Made by a program: the position numbers and the translations under genes. A stretch of DNA of 64,000 nucleotides from Mytilus edulis (taxonomy: Eukaryota): the NCBI RefSeq assembly GCF_963676685.1, contig NC_092344.1:103168001-103232000 (forward strand), read 5' to 3'. The first letter of the stretch is position 1. Each line of letters begins with the position of its first letter. Below are positions 52,550-64,000 of this stretch, in pieces. Below the pieces are notes generated by a model that was given only the letters and a program-made list of their open reading frames with translations, searched no databases and was not told the DNA's origin.

Positions 52550-54065
52550 CAGAGACCCGACTTGAACAGGAAAAGAGTAATGATCACAGGTTCACTATTG
52601 GAACACAAGGGGTTGCTCATGTAAGTATGATTCTGTGATAGGTCTTGTTTTGTGGGTCATATTCGAGGAAAAGAAGACGGGATTATGGTTACGATATTTT
52701 GAACATATCCGTCCTCATATGTGAAACAGATGTTCCATAGAGGTCCCTGAAAGTTTTTAATAGATCTCTTGGAACTCTTGGTCTTATAGCTTCCTTGTGA
52801 TCAAAAACCCTATATCACGGAAATGAAGATAAGCAATGTAAGCTATGGAATATTGTATTAGCTTGGAAATATATTACCCATATGATGGTTCTACTGGAAT
52901 GTTCATACATAGAAACGGAAAGCTCACAATTTGGATGCTGAAATCATCTTTATTGTCGTAAAGTTATGTTCTAAAGCGATTTCGTATCTATTTCTAGATG
53001 TAAGTAAATATATGAGGCAAAGTTACATGTAACTGCATCTGCCTTATGTTGATTTCAAGTTTGGTGGGAGAGATGCGTTCAATATCGTCACCAATATTAG
53101 AATAATTTAGTAACATGACATCATATAGATAATAGGAAGATGTGGTGTGAGTATATATATATGGTGGAAAGTGAAGTTAATAAAAAATGTTAGCTTATTT
53201 TCATTCTTCGAAAAAAAACTTCTCTATAAAGTCAGGCTCATATTAATAAAGGAACAAGACAAAACCTTGTTTTCCATGGGAATGCCGATTGTTTGCTGAA
53301 AAAAGTTCTCCTATCGTTACAAATATGGTGGCAATCAAGAACGTAACCAGTATGTTGGCAATCAAGAAATTAAGCATTTTGGTATTGTAAGTTTCAGAGA
53401 ATTGTTTGTTTGAATCCGAGTAATATTTTACAAAGTATATGATTTCTCCCTACCCTAAGACTAGATGATTGTATCTACATTGGTCATTCTTCTTTATCAA
53501 TAAAACGTATACTCTTTGTTTCAAGTACAATTGTAAGTCATACAAAAAAAGTCTTGTATTCTTATTTACCCTAACAAATCTTTTGAATATTGAAGTATGA
53601 ACACCTATTTCGCGCCTAGCTAGAACTGATACAATAGATTACTTGAAGCCAAGTTTTGATTGCTGTTGCAAGAAAGACGTTTCGTGAAGCACGTGGAAAA
53701 CACTCATGTAATAAATTTTTCCAATACAGTGACGGTAATTCCGGTCCTTCATTTTTGGTTGAAATTCCAAAGGAACACAAAACAGACCTTTAATTTTCCA
53801 GGATTTATTCGTTAAGAGTGTCTACAGGTATATGTTGGGTTTTCAAAAGAAACGTCAATACCTAATTTATCTATCGAGCAGTTTAGTGAAATGTAATTTA
53901 TTCATCCAATATAGTGAAGGATATTCCGGTCCTTTATCTTTGGTTGAAAATCCAAACGAACACAGAACCATAGTTAACCAGGATTTATTCTTAATAATGG
54001 TCGGACGATGCATGTTGGGTTTTCAAAAAAAATTGTCTATACCTAATTTATCTATCAAGCAGTAT
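52550..54065 (-). mobile_element. Highly decayed Penelope-like family B element with internal ~185-bp tandem duplication
   Basis: Residual LYDNKDDF, GIPMET and (F)GISTK...LYW segments; ~53705-53880 is repeated at ~53890-54065. Confidence 0.7.
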
Positions 54066-55137
54066 AATAATATGATTTACACAAAAACTAGTTATTTGAG
54101 GCATTATCTTTGGGAGCAATGTTTAATATTTGTTATTACAGGTGCTTTGTAGTATTTGAGTCATACAAAAGTAAGAGCGCCACAAATGAGTATGCTGTTT
54201 ACTGAAGGTGCGTCTGGCGTACTAAATCATTAGTCTGGTATTTGATGGAGTTTTTGAATAGGAACATGACAATAACAATACATAAGCACTCAAAGTGCAT
54301 TGAAAAGTTATAAATCGAATAAAGACAGACAGAAAAATTGCCGAAATATGGAGAATGTCTTCAAAACACTACGCAGAAAACTTTAATAGTTTAAATTAAA
54401 GGCAACAGTAGTGTACCGCTGTTCAAAACTCATAAATCGATAGAAAATAACAAATCCGGGTTACAACTAAAACCGAGAAACGCATCAAATACAAGAGGAG
54501 AATGTTCCTTAAATGAACCTTACATAGAATTTTGCACCAATAATAACGGAAAGCTATCTTAATAAATACTTCACCAATATGAAAGCCTAAGGGAACAATA
54601 AAGACTTGAATACTTTGAGTTAATTTAGATAAATGCCAGTATATCCTTGGAAAGTGTCTAATATATGGACGTCCATAGATAAACTGGACAATACAAACCG
54701 TCTACACTAAAACAATGACAGACAAAAGAACAGTTAAATAACGCTTAGTCTGGTACATTGATATATATGATTGGTTAGTTTAGAGCTAATCTTTTCAACA
54801 TCAACAAACTTTATAAACCTATCTTCCAAATAAAAAAATACGTGTATAATTGATCGATAACAGGCAGTGTAGTTATGTTTAAGAAAAAAATAAACATTGA
54901 ATAAAACCATTTCTAATTCCAATCGGCAGAGAAATGGATAAAATACATTTTTGTATGGACATGCAATATTTTCAGGAGTGATATTACTCATATTGTTCGT
55001 TAATTGTGGTTAGATTCTTTTGATTGATATTTTTTTTACGAAATGTATATTCTAAAATACGTTCTCTGTTAGGTATAAGCAAGAATGAAATGTGTCTGTG
55101 TATATGTGTTCGTCAGTTTGGTTTTGCTTTTCCGTAA

Positions 55138-55328
55138 ATAAAGGCAACAGTAGTATACCGCTGTTCAAACTCATAAATCCATGGACAAAAAACAAAATCG
55201 GGGTAACAAACTAAAACTGAGGGAAACGCATAAATATACGAGGAGAACAACGACACAACACTACAATGTAACACACACAGAAACGGACCAAGCATCAGAC
55301 AAAATCCTACGAGAATAACAAATATAAC
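55138..55328. repeat. Dispersed repeat (family D)
   Basis: Near-identical to 61870-62060 (CAGTAGTATACCG...CAAATATAAC); partial copies at ~54397-54500 and ~26325-26470 (opposite strand). Confidence 0.85.
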
Positions 55329-56781
55329 CTTTTGTTTAACTTTGTAGTTTAAATTTCATTTATAGGTCTTATTAATTAACTGAACTCTTGGCGAAAATAA
55401 TCAGTGATAATTTGAAAATGGAATATCTGATTTTTAAAGTCTTAATCTTCTAAACTGTTTAATAATGATTTCCTACAAAGTCATTGAAAGTTTAAATCGA
55501 TGTACATTAGTCACAGATGGTAGAAAATTGTTATGTGAAGTAGAAAACATTCTCTATTAGTTCAATTTTAAAGGCCTGCAGGTTGGTAACTGTTTCAAAT
55601 TAAAAACTTTCTAATTATATCGAACATTTCATTTGTAGCTACTAGTATTCAATCATAAAATTTTCATTCGCAATTGATAAATTTAGAAATTATTATGAAA
55701 CTAAGATTTCAACTCTCGGGCAACTTTATCCTTAGATGATTTCGGTTATTACTTTTAGGATTTATTTGGTCATATTACTCTATACAACTGGTCTGAAACG
55801 TCCTTGGATTGAACGCTTTGGCTTTTAATAGCCCTGATGAAGGTAAATCCAAGAATGCGCGTCAGACGCATAAACGTTATGAAGTGTTATCTGATCTCGG
55901 GAAAACAAGGTTATTATATAAATTAAAATTGGTATAGAACTACCGAGTATTCGTTGATATGATCATTTTGTCATTTTTAATATATTCTAGTTGCGGTGTT
56001 TGTACTTTCTGTTTAAGCTAACTCTCTGGCATTGTTTTTCTTCATTGTTGAAGGCCGTATTGCAGTCTTTTAAGTTGTTCACATCCTCGTTCGTTAGCAA
56101 CTTTAAGTGTCATTGACAATTATACGATATTTTTTGTTTACATCTTTTTGGAACGTTAAAGTACGAATATTGTATGGTATCATGATCTGCTGAAAAAAGC
56201 AATGATTCGTACTTTAATAAAATGTATTGAATAAGTAGTCAAGCCAATGATAACAGACTGGAAATTAAGCAGGAAATGCTAGCTTTATGTTCTTATTGAA
56301 CATGGTAATAATTTGGCTCGCAATGATTCTTGTAACAAGGATCATAAAATGTCAATGTTAACACGGAATAAAGTGATTTGGTTTCAATAGACTTTCATCT
56401 AAGGAATGTCCATCTAAAATATTTTTTTTCCAAATGTTATGCAAGTTTTGCTGACGAGAATTATACGAGAAGCAATATTTTCGGAAGAAAATCAGTATCA
56501 TAAGTTTTATTACCGCGGGTCGGTCCCTTCTGTTAACGCGGATGTATCACCCACCAAGCAGTTTGTGTGTTGGTTGATGCTAGCATGATTAACAAACAAC
56601 ATTTTGTATGTAAATTTTTAGTTTATCAGTCAAACACTTTTACTGAATCCGATGTTTTCTCTTTTACAAACTGTGTTGACCTTAAACGGTATCGTCCATA
56701 TTGTTTTGGACCTTTTAGTTTGTTTGCTCGTGAAGGTTTTGGACTCGAGTGTATACAGAATAGATGAATGTTATCACCAGA

Positions 56782-58406
56782 CACTACAAACTATTAAAAG
56801 TCTGAAATGGCCTATATCTGTACTCGACTGTACTGATGTTTACTCGACCAGTCTGAATTCGTCTGAGTTTTACTTGATAATACTCGACTGTAGTCTGAAC
56901 CATACTTAACAGTCTGAATGTGTACTTGACTCGTTCTTAACCATTTTATACTAGTCTGAACCGTACTCGACCTAGTCTGAACCATACTCGACCTAGTCTG
57001 AACCATACTCGACCAAGTCTTAACCAACCTAGACCTATTCTTTGTATCTATCAACTGAATTTTATCAATTTAGGATTTTTTTTAATAAAATTGAAATTTT
57101 AACAACAACTTGAAATTAAAAATGTATTCAATACAGTATTGAAATTAAAATTTCACAATAATCAATCATAATATAACTTCAACACAATATTAATCAACAC
57201 TCAGGTAATAATATATCTACTTTTTGAATATAAATAAAACAAGCTGATCAAATAATCTAAAAAAATGAATTGTGACTAACGAATGACTAATATTTTCAAT
57301 ATTTATTCAAAATTTAATGAATATTTCGGAAGTATTTTATGGTAACTGGACTATTTTCACCATTAACTTAAGCCTAGTATAGATTTAGTTGAGTTAATTA
57401 ATAATGCAGTGAATGTTTTGTTTTTTATTAATGTATATATAAAATAGTATATAAAAAAACTTAATAAATTTTAAAAAATGAGAGCTTAATTGTTTTGTTT
57501 TATTAAACCAAGAATTTAATGTAATCATGAAAATATAATTTCCATAGCAATCTTTCATAACCTTTTCAAAAATGGAAATGTATTCCAAAGTAACAGTAAA
57601 AATTTATTTCAATTAATTTAAGTAATTTTTTGGTCAAATTAACATGGCATACATAAAGCACTTTAATATATTCTATTTACCTCAGTACATGTGTGTTTTA
57701 CAGGTAAAATAAAAGCCCTATTTTCTTAAATTCGTGTATAACCTATCTAGTACATACATGTATATTCGTAAGGCCTTGTTATTTAACTTAAACAGGATGT
57801 TGCAATTTTGAATCAATGTTATTTAAAATTTAATACCTCTGACCAGGTGTGATATTATTTATGAGTTTTCCCCTAAGCAGAGGTTATTCTTTATATTTCA
57901 CTACTAATCAGAAAAACAATTGTATTTATTTATTTAATTTTATCTCTTTTTGATATAAGTTATATATATTATATTTTTTTTTCATCCTAAATATAATCAT
58001 ATATATATTTCTAATATAAGGTTAAAAAAAATTTGAAATTTGTTGACTGTTGTTACATATGTCAGTTAAAAAGTAATTTATTTTAACAGTTAAAAAAGTA
58101 GAGTTATTTAAGTCTAGTATGGTTCAGACTGGTCGAGTACTGTTCAGACCTTTGGTTAAGTATGGTTTAGACTGGAAAATAGGTAGAGTACATGTCGAGA
58201 ATGGGTTAAGATTGTTTCAGACTGGTCAAGTAATAGTTCAGACTATTTTCAACGGCAAAGATAAGGATCAAGTACGATTCAGTACAGTCAAGTATGGTTC
58301 AGACTGGGGTCGAGTAATGTCAAGTAAAAGTCAGGCCAATTCAGAGTAAAAATCAGTACAGTCGAGTACAGATATAGGCCATTTCAGACTTTAATGGTTT
58401 GTAGTG
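56782..58406. mobile_element. Non-autonomous CACTA (EnSpm) transposon (1625 bp)
   Basis: Termini CACTACAAA...TTTGTAGTG; 3-bp TSD AGA (56779-56781, 58407-58409); >50-bp near-perfect inverted ends; subterminal AGTCTGAACCATACTCGACC repeats; AT-rich non-coding core. Confidence 0.92.
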
Positions 58407-59910
58407 AGAGTGGTACCGCTGATGGTGAGTTATCAGTTCTTAAGAGAACAATACACCCCATTGTCCATGCAATATAACTGACACAATTTGGATGGTTCAC
58501 ATTAATTATTTGGTCTCTGAAATTCTAAAAGTAATAAAGTTCTACAATTCTTAAAATATACGATTCTTTAAGTACTGAAAAGATATCAGAACTAAATTGT
58601 GATTCATACAGTCCTGTCCTCGTCTTTTTTGTGATCTAATACAATATTTTTAATTGCAGGAAACGATGCTATTCAGATATCAACAGCATAAAGTAGTATG
58701 CAATGAAACAATTTGCAATAAACTACGAGTAAAGAAACACGTCAATAAGTTCCAGTTGCTACAATGTACCTTCAAAACAGCCTTAATGGGATTAACCGTT
58801 TAAAGTTTCCAAACAGTAAAATAGTGCAAGTAGGGACAAGAGAGTACTTAAAAACAAACTGTTTCATTTGATGCAATTATAAAATATTTGAAGGTTACAT
58901 TTTCCATCTGCGTAAAGCCGTTTGTTGGTTCAATCAAAGAAATTTATGTGATGTCGCAATTTGTTAATGCTTTATTACATTCAATTTAGTGCTAGATATT
59001 TTGTCGATTTGAAGCGTATGGTATGAAAACGTCTATAAAACGCCGTAATTTCCAATCAATCTCACATAAAGTTACATAAAGGCTTTATTATTTGATTAGC
59101 TAGTGTCCAGACAGGAATGGAAAGACTAATAACCACATAGCCAAAACAAACAATATTAGAATTTGATTTCTATGCACAATTTTATGGACAATACTCAGTC
59201 GTCCCTCTCATCTTCTATAACTATAAAAGTTTTGTACATAATCAATATAACATTCCTACACTGACTTGTAGATTTACATTTGACCTTTGATAAATGTTAT
59301 GATTTTTGGATTGATGTGAATCCCAAATACAAAAGTTTAACATAATTATTGCCTGCTCCAATTTGATAGTCATTACTATCTCGACACATTTTTATAGAAT
59401 TCAGGTTGATGCCAGATCAGTTATAACCTTTCGCAATGTTTTCTTTAACTCGGATGGTTTAAATTAATTTTTAGATGTTGTCACTGGTCTTTTGTTCAAT
59501 TAGTTATCAAAGGTATCAGGCTTATAATTTGATACGCCGAAAAATCATACTGAGTTGAATATATCTGTAGTATTATGTTATTGTATTGTAATATCTACCT
59601 CATTTCCTTTTATCATGAACAAACTGAATGCTTCTTAAACTTAAACGTCCAAACACCTGAATAACTTAAACAAAGTGTGTATAACAGAATATCTAAGATA
59701 AGCTATGCCCATAATTTCCTGAAATGAAAAGAATTTGGGAAGTTGAATATTAGGAAGTTGTTATACTTTTTCACTAAACTTGTAGATTTACAACCCAAAA
59801 TTATCCCTGAAAAGATTGAATAGTATTTTCTACCTTCTTTTTGCAATGTTATACTCAAATGAAACTGATTCGAACTTTACGTAAAATACATGTTTCTGCT
59901 ATCCAATTTT

Positions 59911-60787
59911 AAAAGAGGGACGACAGATACCAAAGGGACAGTCAAACTCATAAATCTAAAACAAACTGACAACGCCATGGCTAAAAATGAAAAAGACAAA
60001 CAGAAAAACAATAGTACACATGACACAACATAGAAAACTAAAGAATAATTAACACGAACCCCACCAAAAACTAGGGGTGATCTCAGGTGCTCCGGAAGGG
60101 TAAGCAGATCCTGCTCCACATGTGGCACCCGTCGTGTTGCTTATGTGATTACAAATCCGGTAAATAGTCTTATTCGGTAGGTCACATTCATGAAAGGGAA
60201 GGGGATTATAGTTACGACGTAAGGAACATATCCGATATCATTTGTGAAACGGTTATTCCATAACGGTCAACCAACTCGTGATGGCGTCCGTAAAATTTAC
60301 GAAGGGATGATTTCAACTTCACCATTTGGAACTCTTGGTTTAATAGCTTCCTTGTGAGCAGTAACCCTCTATCAAGAAAATCATGATAGGAAATGCAAGC
60401 ACGGGAATATCGTATCAATTGGGAGATATATACCCCGTATAAAGGTGCTGCTGGAATGTTGCTACTTAGAAATGGAAAGTTCACAATTGGAAATCTGAAA
60501 TCATCTCTTTTGTCGTAAAGTTTTGTTTTCAACCGACCCTCATTGTCAATTTCTAGATGTAAGTCAAGATATGAAGCCGACTTAACTGTATCTGTAGTTT
60601 CCTTTATCTCCAATTCGATGGGATAGATGCGTTCCACATAGTCATCAAATTTTGAATTGTTTAGTGAAAGAACGTCATCTATATAGCGGAAAGTAGAGTT
60701 AAAGGATATTGCTAACTTCTTATCTTTCTTCCTAAGAAGTTCCTGCATGAAGTCAGCCTCATAATAATAAAGAAACAAGTCGGCAAG
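59911..60787 (-). mobile_element. Young 5'-truncated Penelope-like family B copy with uninterrupted C-terminal RT ORF
   Basis: ORF 60212..60778: FRYIDDVLSLNN, SYLDLHLEID, LYDKRDDF, NFPFLSSNIP, YGVYISQLIRYSRAC; followed by a 300-nt 3' tail. Confidence 0.93.
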
Positions 60788-61869
60788 TAAAGCACATATA
60801 TGGGATGATATATACCTCCAATATTCTACAATAGTCTACCAGATTATAAAGGTGGCTTAATCTTTGAAAGAATGACTTCACCATTACCATTTGAAACCTT
60901 TAGCTCAAACGCTGCAATGTTGGCAGCAACCCTTGATTACGGAAATTATGACAGGAAACATTCTGTATGTGGCTTGAAATCAGTCAGGAGACTGTAACTC
61001 AGTGTTCTTCTTTAGTTGTTGTCTGTCATATTTCTTTTTTGATGACAGTTTTAGAAAAATCAGACCATTAGTTTGCTTTTAAGTTGTTTAACTTTTTTAT
61101 TATCTTTACCCCTCCTAAGAACTAACTGTATTAAGTAAGCCTCATATGCATAAGTATCAAGTCGACAAGAGGAGCACAGTTGGTTCCAATAGGAAGTACA
61201 GCACCTTGACGAATCAACAAATTCTTATTATACAAGACACCCCAAATAATGCTGTCTAAAATTAAAGCAACGCTTTCTATTCTACTTTGAAATACAAAGT
61301 CAGACCAATGTGTTCAGTCCGTCCTAAACCTCAATATATAGACTGTCGTTACAACACTTAAATAATGTGATGATACTCCGATTAACATTAATATAACTTA
61401 ACAGTACCTTCAAATGACAGCTAAAGTAGTTTACTGATTTTAAAATCTCATAAATCAGTAAAAAACTCAAAGCAACAAACAAAAACTGAAGAACATTCAA
61501 AAATGAGAATTAGAAAATATAGGCATCTCCTGCAATCTATTAATACCCAGCCATGCAAAAGGAATTTAAATTTAGACAAAATGTCGAATAAAACGGAGTA
61601 GTGTACCAATTTTCAAATCATTAAAACCCAGCAGCGAATAGACGACATATCAAGGTAAATAAACCAAGGGAATCACACGAACTTCAATAGGAGCGTATTT
61701 GGATGCAAGAATCAAATAGGATAAGAGTCCCCAGCTTTGCATGCATCATCCACCATGTAATGAGAATCATGACTTATTCATAATGTTAAAGGCGACAGTA
61801 TTTTACTAATGTTTAATCTAAAATACGGCGCAATCGACAAAATACAGTTTAAACGACTATTCTGGTAGT

Positions 61870-62075
61870 ATACAGTAGTATACCGATGTTCAAACTCATA
61901 AATCCATGGACAAAAAAACAAAATCGGGGTAACAAACTAAAACTGACGGAAACGCATAAATATAAGAGGAGAACAACGACACAACACTACAATGTAACTA
62001 ACACACACAGAAACGGACCAAGCATCAGACAAAATCCGACGAGAATAACAAATATAACATCAAAACCAAATACAT
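61870..62075. repeat. Dispersed repeat (family D)
   Basis: Near-identical to 55138-55328. Confidence 0.85.
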
Positions 62076-64000
62076 GACTAAGATATTAAACTGTGAAATC
62101 ATGTCGGTAGTGTGTTGCGATACAGATATATCATTTTTGGCACACAATTGGTGATTATCATCGCAAAACTTACGTAGGTCGACTTCATTCGTTCTCCCTT
62201 ATACCGCTAGTAGGGGTTGTTTGCGTAAGTACCACACCCTTACCGTCAACCAAAGGGTTAAACTTGTTTTACTTTCAGTGTTAGCATACCTTTCCTTTTA
62301 TTAGCTGATCATGCGAATTCGCATCTCTAGCTAAGAGGTTTCAATTAATGTTCACATTGATACAATTGTAATGAGGAAGAAATATTCAAATCCAAGTGAA
62401 AATTTCATTAGCAATGTTTCTTTGCTCATCTTGACAAAACAGAACCAAACTGGTTGCTTAATACGAGTTTTTACATCACTATTTCACTTTCATTAATAAT
62501 TGAACAAAAATAATTCATATTTGTTTTTGTATATCATGTAGCTAGTGCTACTTTAAATAACTGAATTTGTATATATGGACGATGACAGTTTTTCTTGCTG
62601 ATAATAAAATCTGAAAGCGAATTCTGAAATTGTCATGTTTTCCTGGTGGTGGATTCAATTTAATATATGGAGTGCAAATAACACTAGGAAACTTAAATCT
62701 CAAAAATATTTCAAACGGGTCTTTAAAATATGTTTTAAAGTTAAATGAATGTGCTTGAAACACATTTTTGATAAACAGTTTCCATTTTGCTTGGCGTCCT
62801 CTGCTTTTAACACTATTTAATTGATGTGTGTCCAGTACGTTTATATAAATGCATCAAACTAATCCATGTAATGAGAATATGTTGTTTTATTGGAAGAATT
62901 AACCGTAGTGATATTACTGTTCCACAGAGATATGGACCACAATGTCGATATCATCAGGACAATCTAATGTTCTTTTCTACAAACAATCAAACAGCCTTTC
63001 CCTTTATTGAAATAAGGGATAAAACATAACGCGTACTTTATTTTGCTCATCAAACATTATTGTTTTAAATTGGTTTTCTGAACCTGTCACGGAATTTCAT
63101 CATGTAACCCGAAGAAGAATGCGTTGTTCTTAAGAAGCAAATTAAAATTGCATGAAAGTTAATAATTAGAAATGCAGTTCTTTGATACATTTTTTATTAT
63201 CTGAAAAAGAAAACAGAAACTCAACAATTTTAAACAAAAGAAGTATAGTTCCGATGTTTGAAGAAATATGGGTAAAAAAAGTGGGCCTTTAAGCAGCTTC
63301 CAACTATTGTCGATACAATATTAATTATACGAACATACGATACAAATCATTCCGGTTTTTAGGACGATACCATGCTTGGCTATTTCAGGTGTCAATCTTG
63401 ATTAATGAGTTGAGCTTTAATAGGAGAACTGTTATATCTATTCACCTTATGAGAAATTTAATTTGATTTATTTAGATATAGTTTGACGAAAAAAGATCCT
63501 AATATAACGAAAAATCCAATTTGTTTACTAATACGTATAAAAACAGTTGGTTTCTTTAAGGGAATCCGTCTTAGATATGGAGTATTTCTGATAAATGTAG
63601 CAAATAAATAAACGTGTAGCACGTGGCGAAATCGAAGAACAAAATTATCTGGTCATATTTTATGTGACCCCCCCCCCTTTCCTTTCTTTGTCTGTACTAG
63701 ATATGTCTCATACTATATTCATCCATTTTCTCTTTAATTGTCTAAGTATTTGTTTTCAATTTTATCTAATATAAAATCATCCGAAGACAATTATGGTTCA
63801 GGATATTATTTACTGACATTCCCATTAACTTATTGACAATGCATCATCTTACAAAGCTAACGAACTGATAACTTGTAGCTTTTCAAAGACGCAATAGAAC
63901 AATTATACATATATTTATCTACAATTGTACTACCTAATGACAAATTGATATATTTACATAATATAACGATGAATATAACGATGACCAAATGAAAACCTAA

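Noticed and set aside
56812-58349. Repetitive ORFs (SSMVQTR repeats)
   Set aside because: Translations of CACTA subterminal repeats.

Overview
AT-rich, intron-containing eukaryotic DNA, most likely a bivalve such as Mytilus (inferred from the HSPA12 paralogues and the hammerhead retrozyme family). The first 22 kb hold two head-to-head HSPA12-like (Hsp70-12) genes with identical exon architecture. The + strand copy is complete from its first recognisable ATG (616 aa); the - strand copy runs off the window start. I recognised no host exons in the remaining ~42 kb. That part contains Penelope-like (Naiad-type) RT remnants, non-autonomous DNA transposons (CACTA, Harbinger-like, Kolobok-like; a hAT lies in gene 1), a two-unit minisatellite and an old 5-7 kb tandem duplication. 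Two RNA-level systems stand out. (1) A Penelope-like element has an in-frame TGA at a normally Cys position (DKAANNIIIV-U-RKFY, 7374-7376), and its 3' UTR carries a type II SECIS hairpin, intact in a second copy at 33215-33279; this points to a selenoprotein-type retroelement. (2) A nearly perfect tandem dimer of 365-bp units each carries a minimal type I hammerhead ribozyme with a palindromic stem III, and decayed copies are scattered through the window. Both classes of element have precedent in the literature as I recall it. All alignments and folds here were done by eye.
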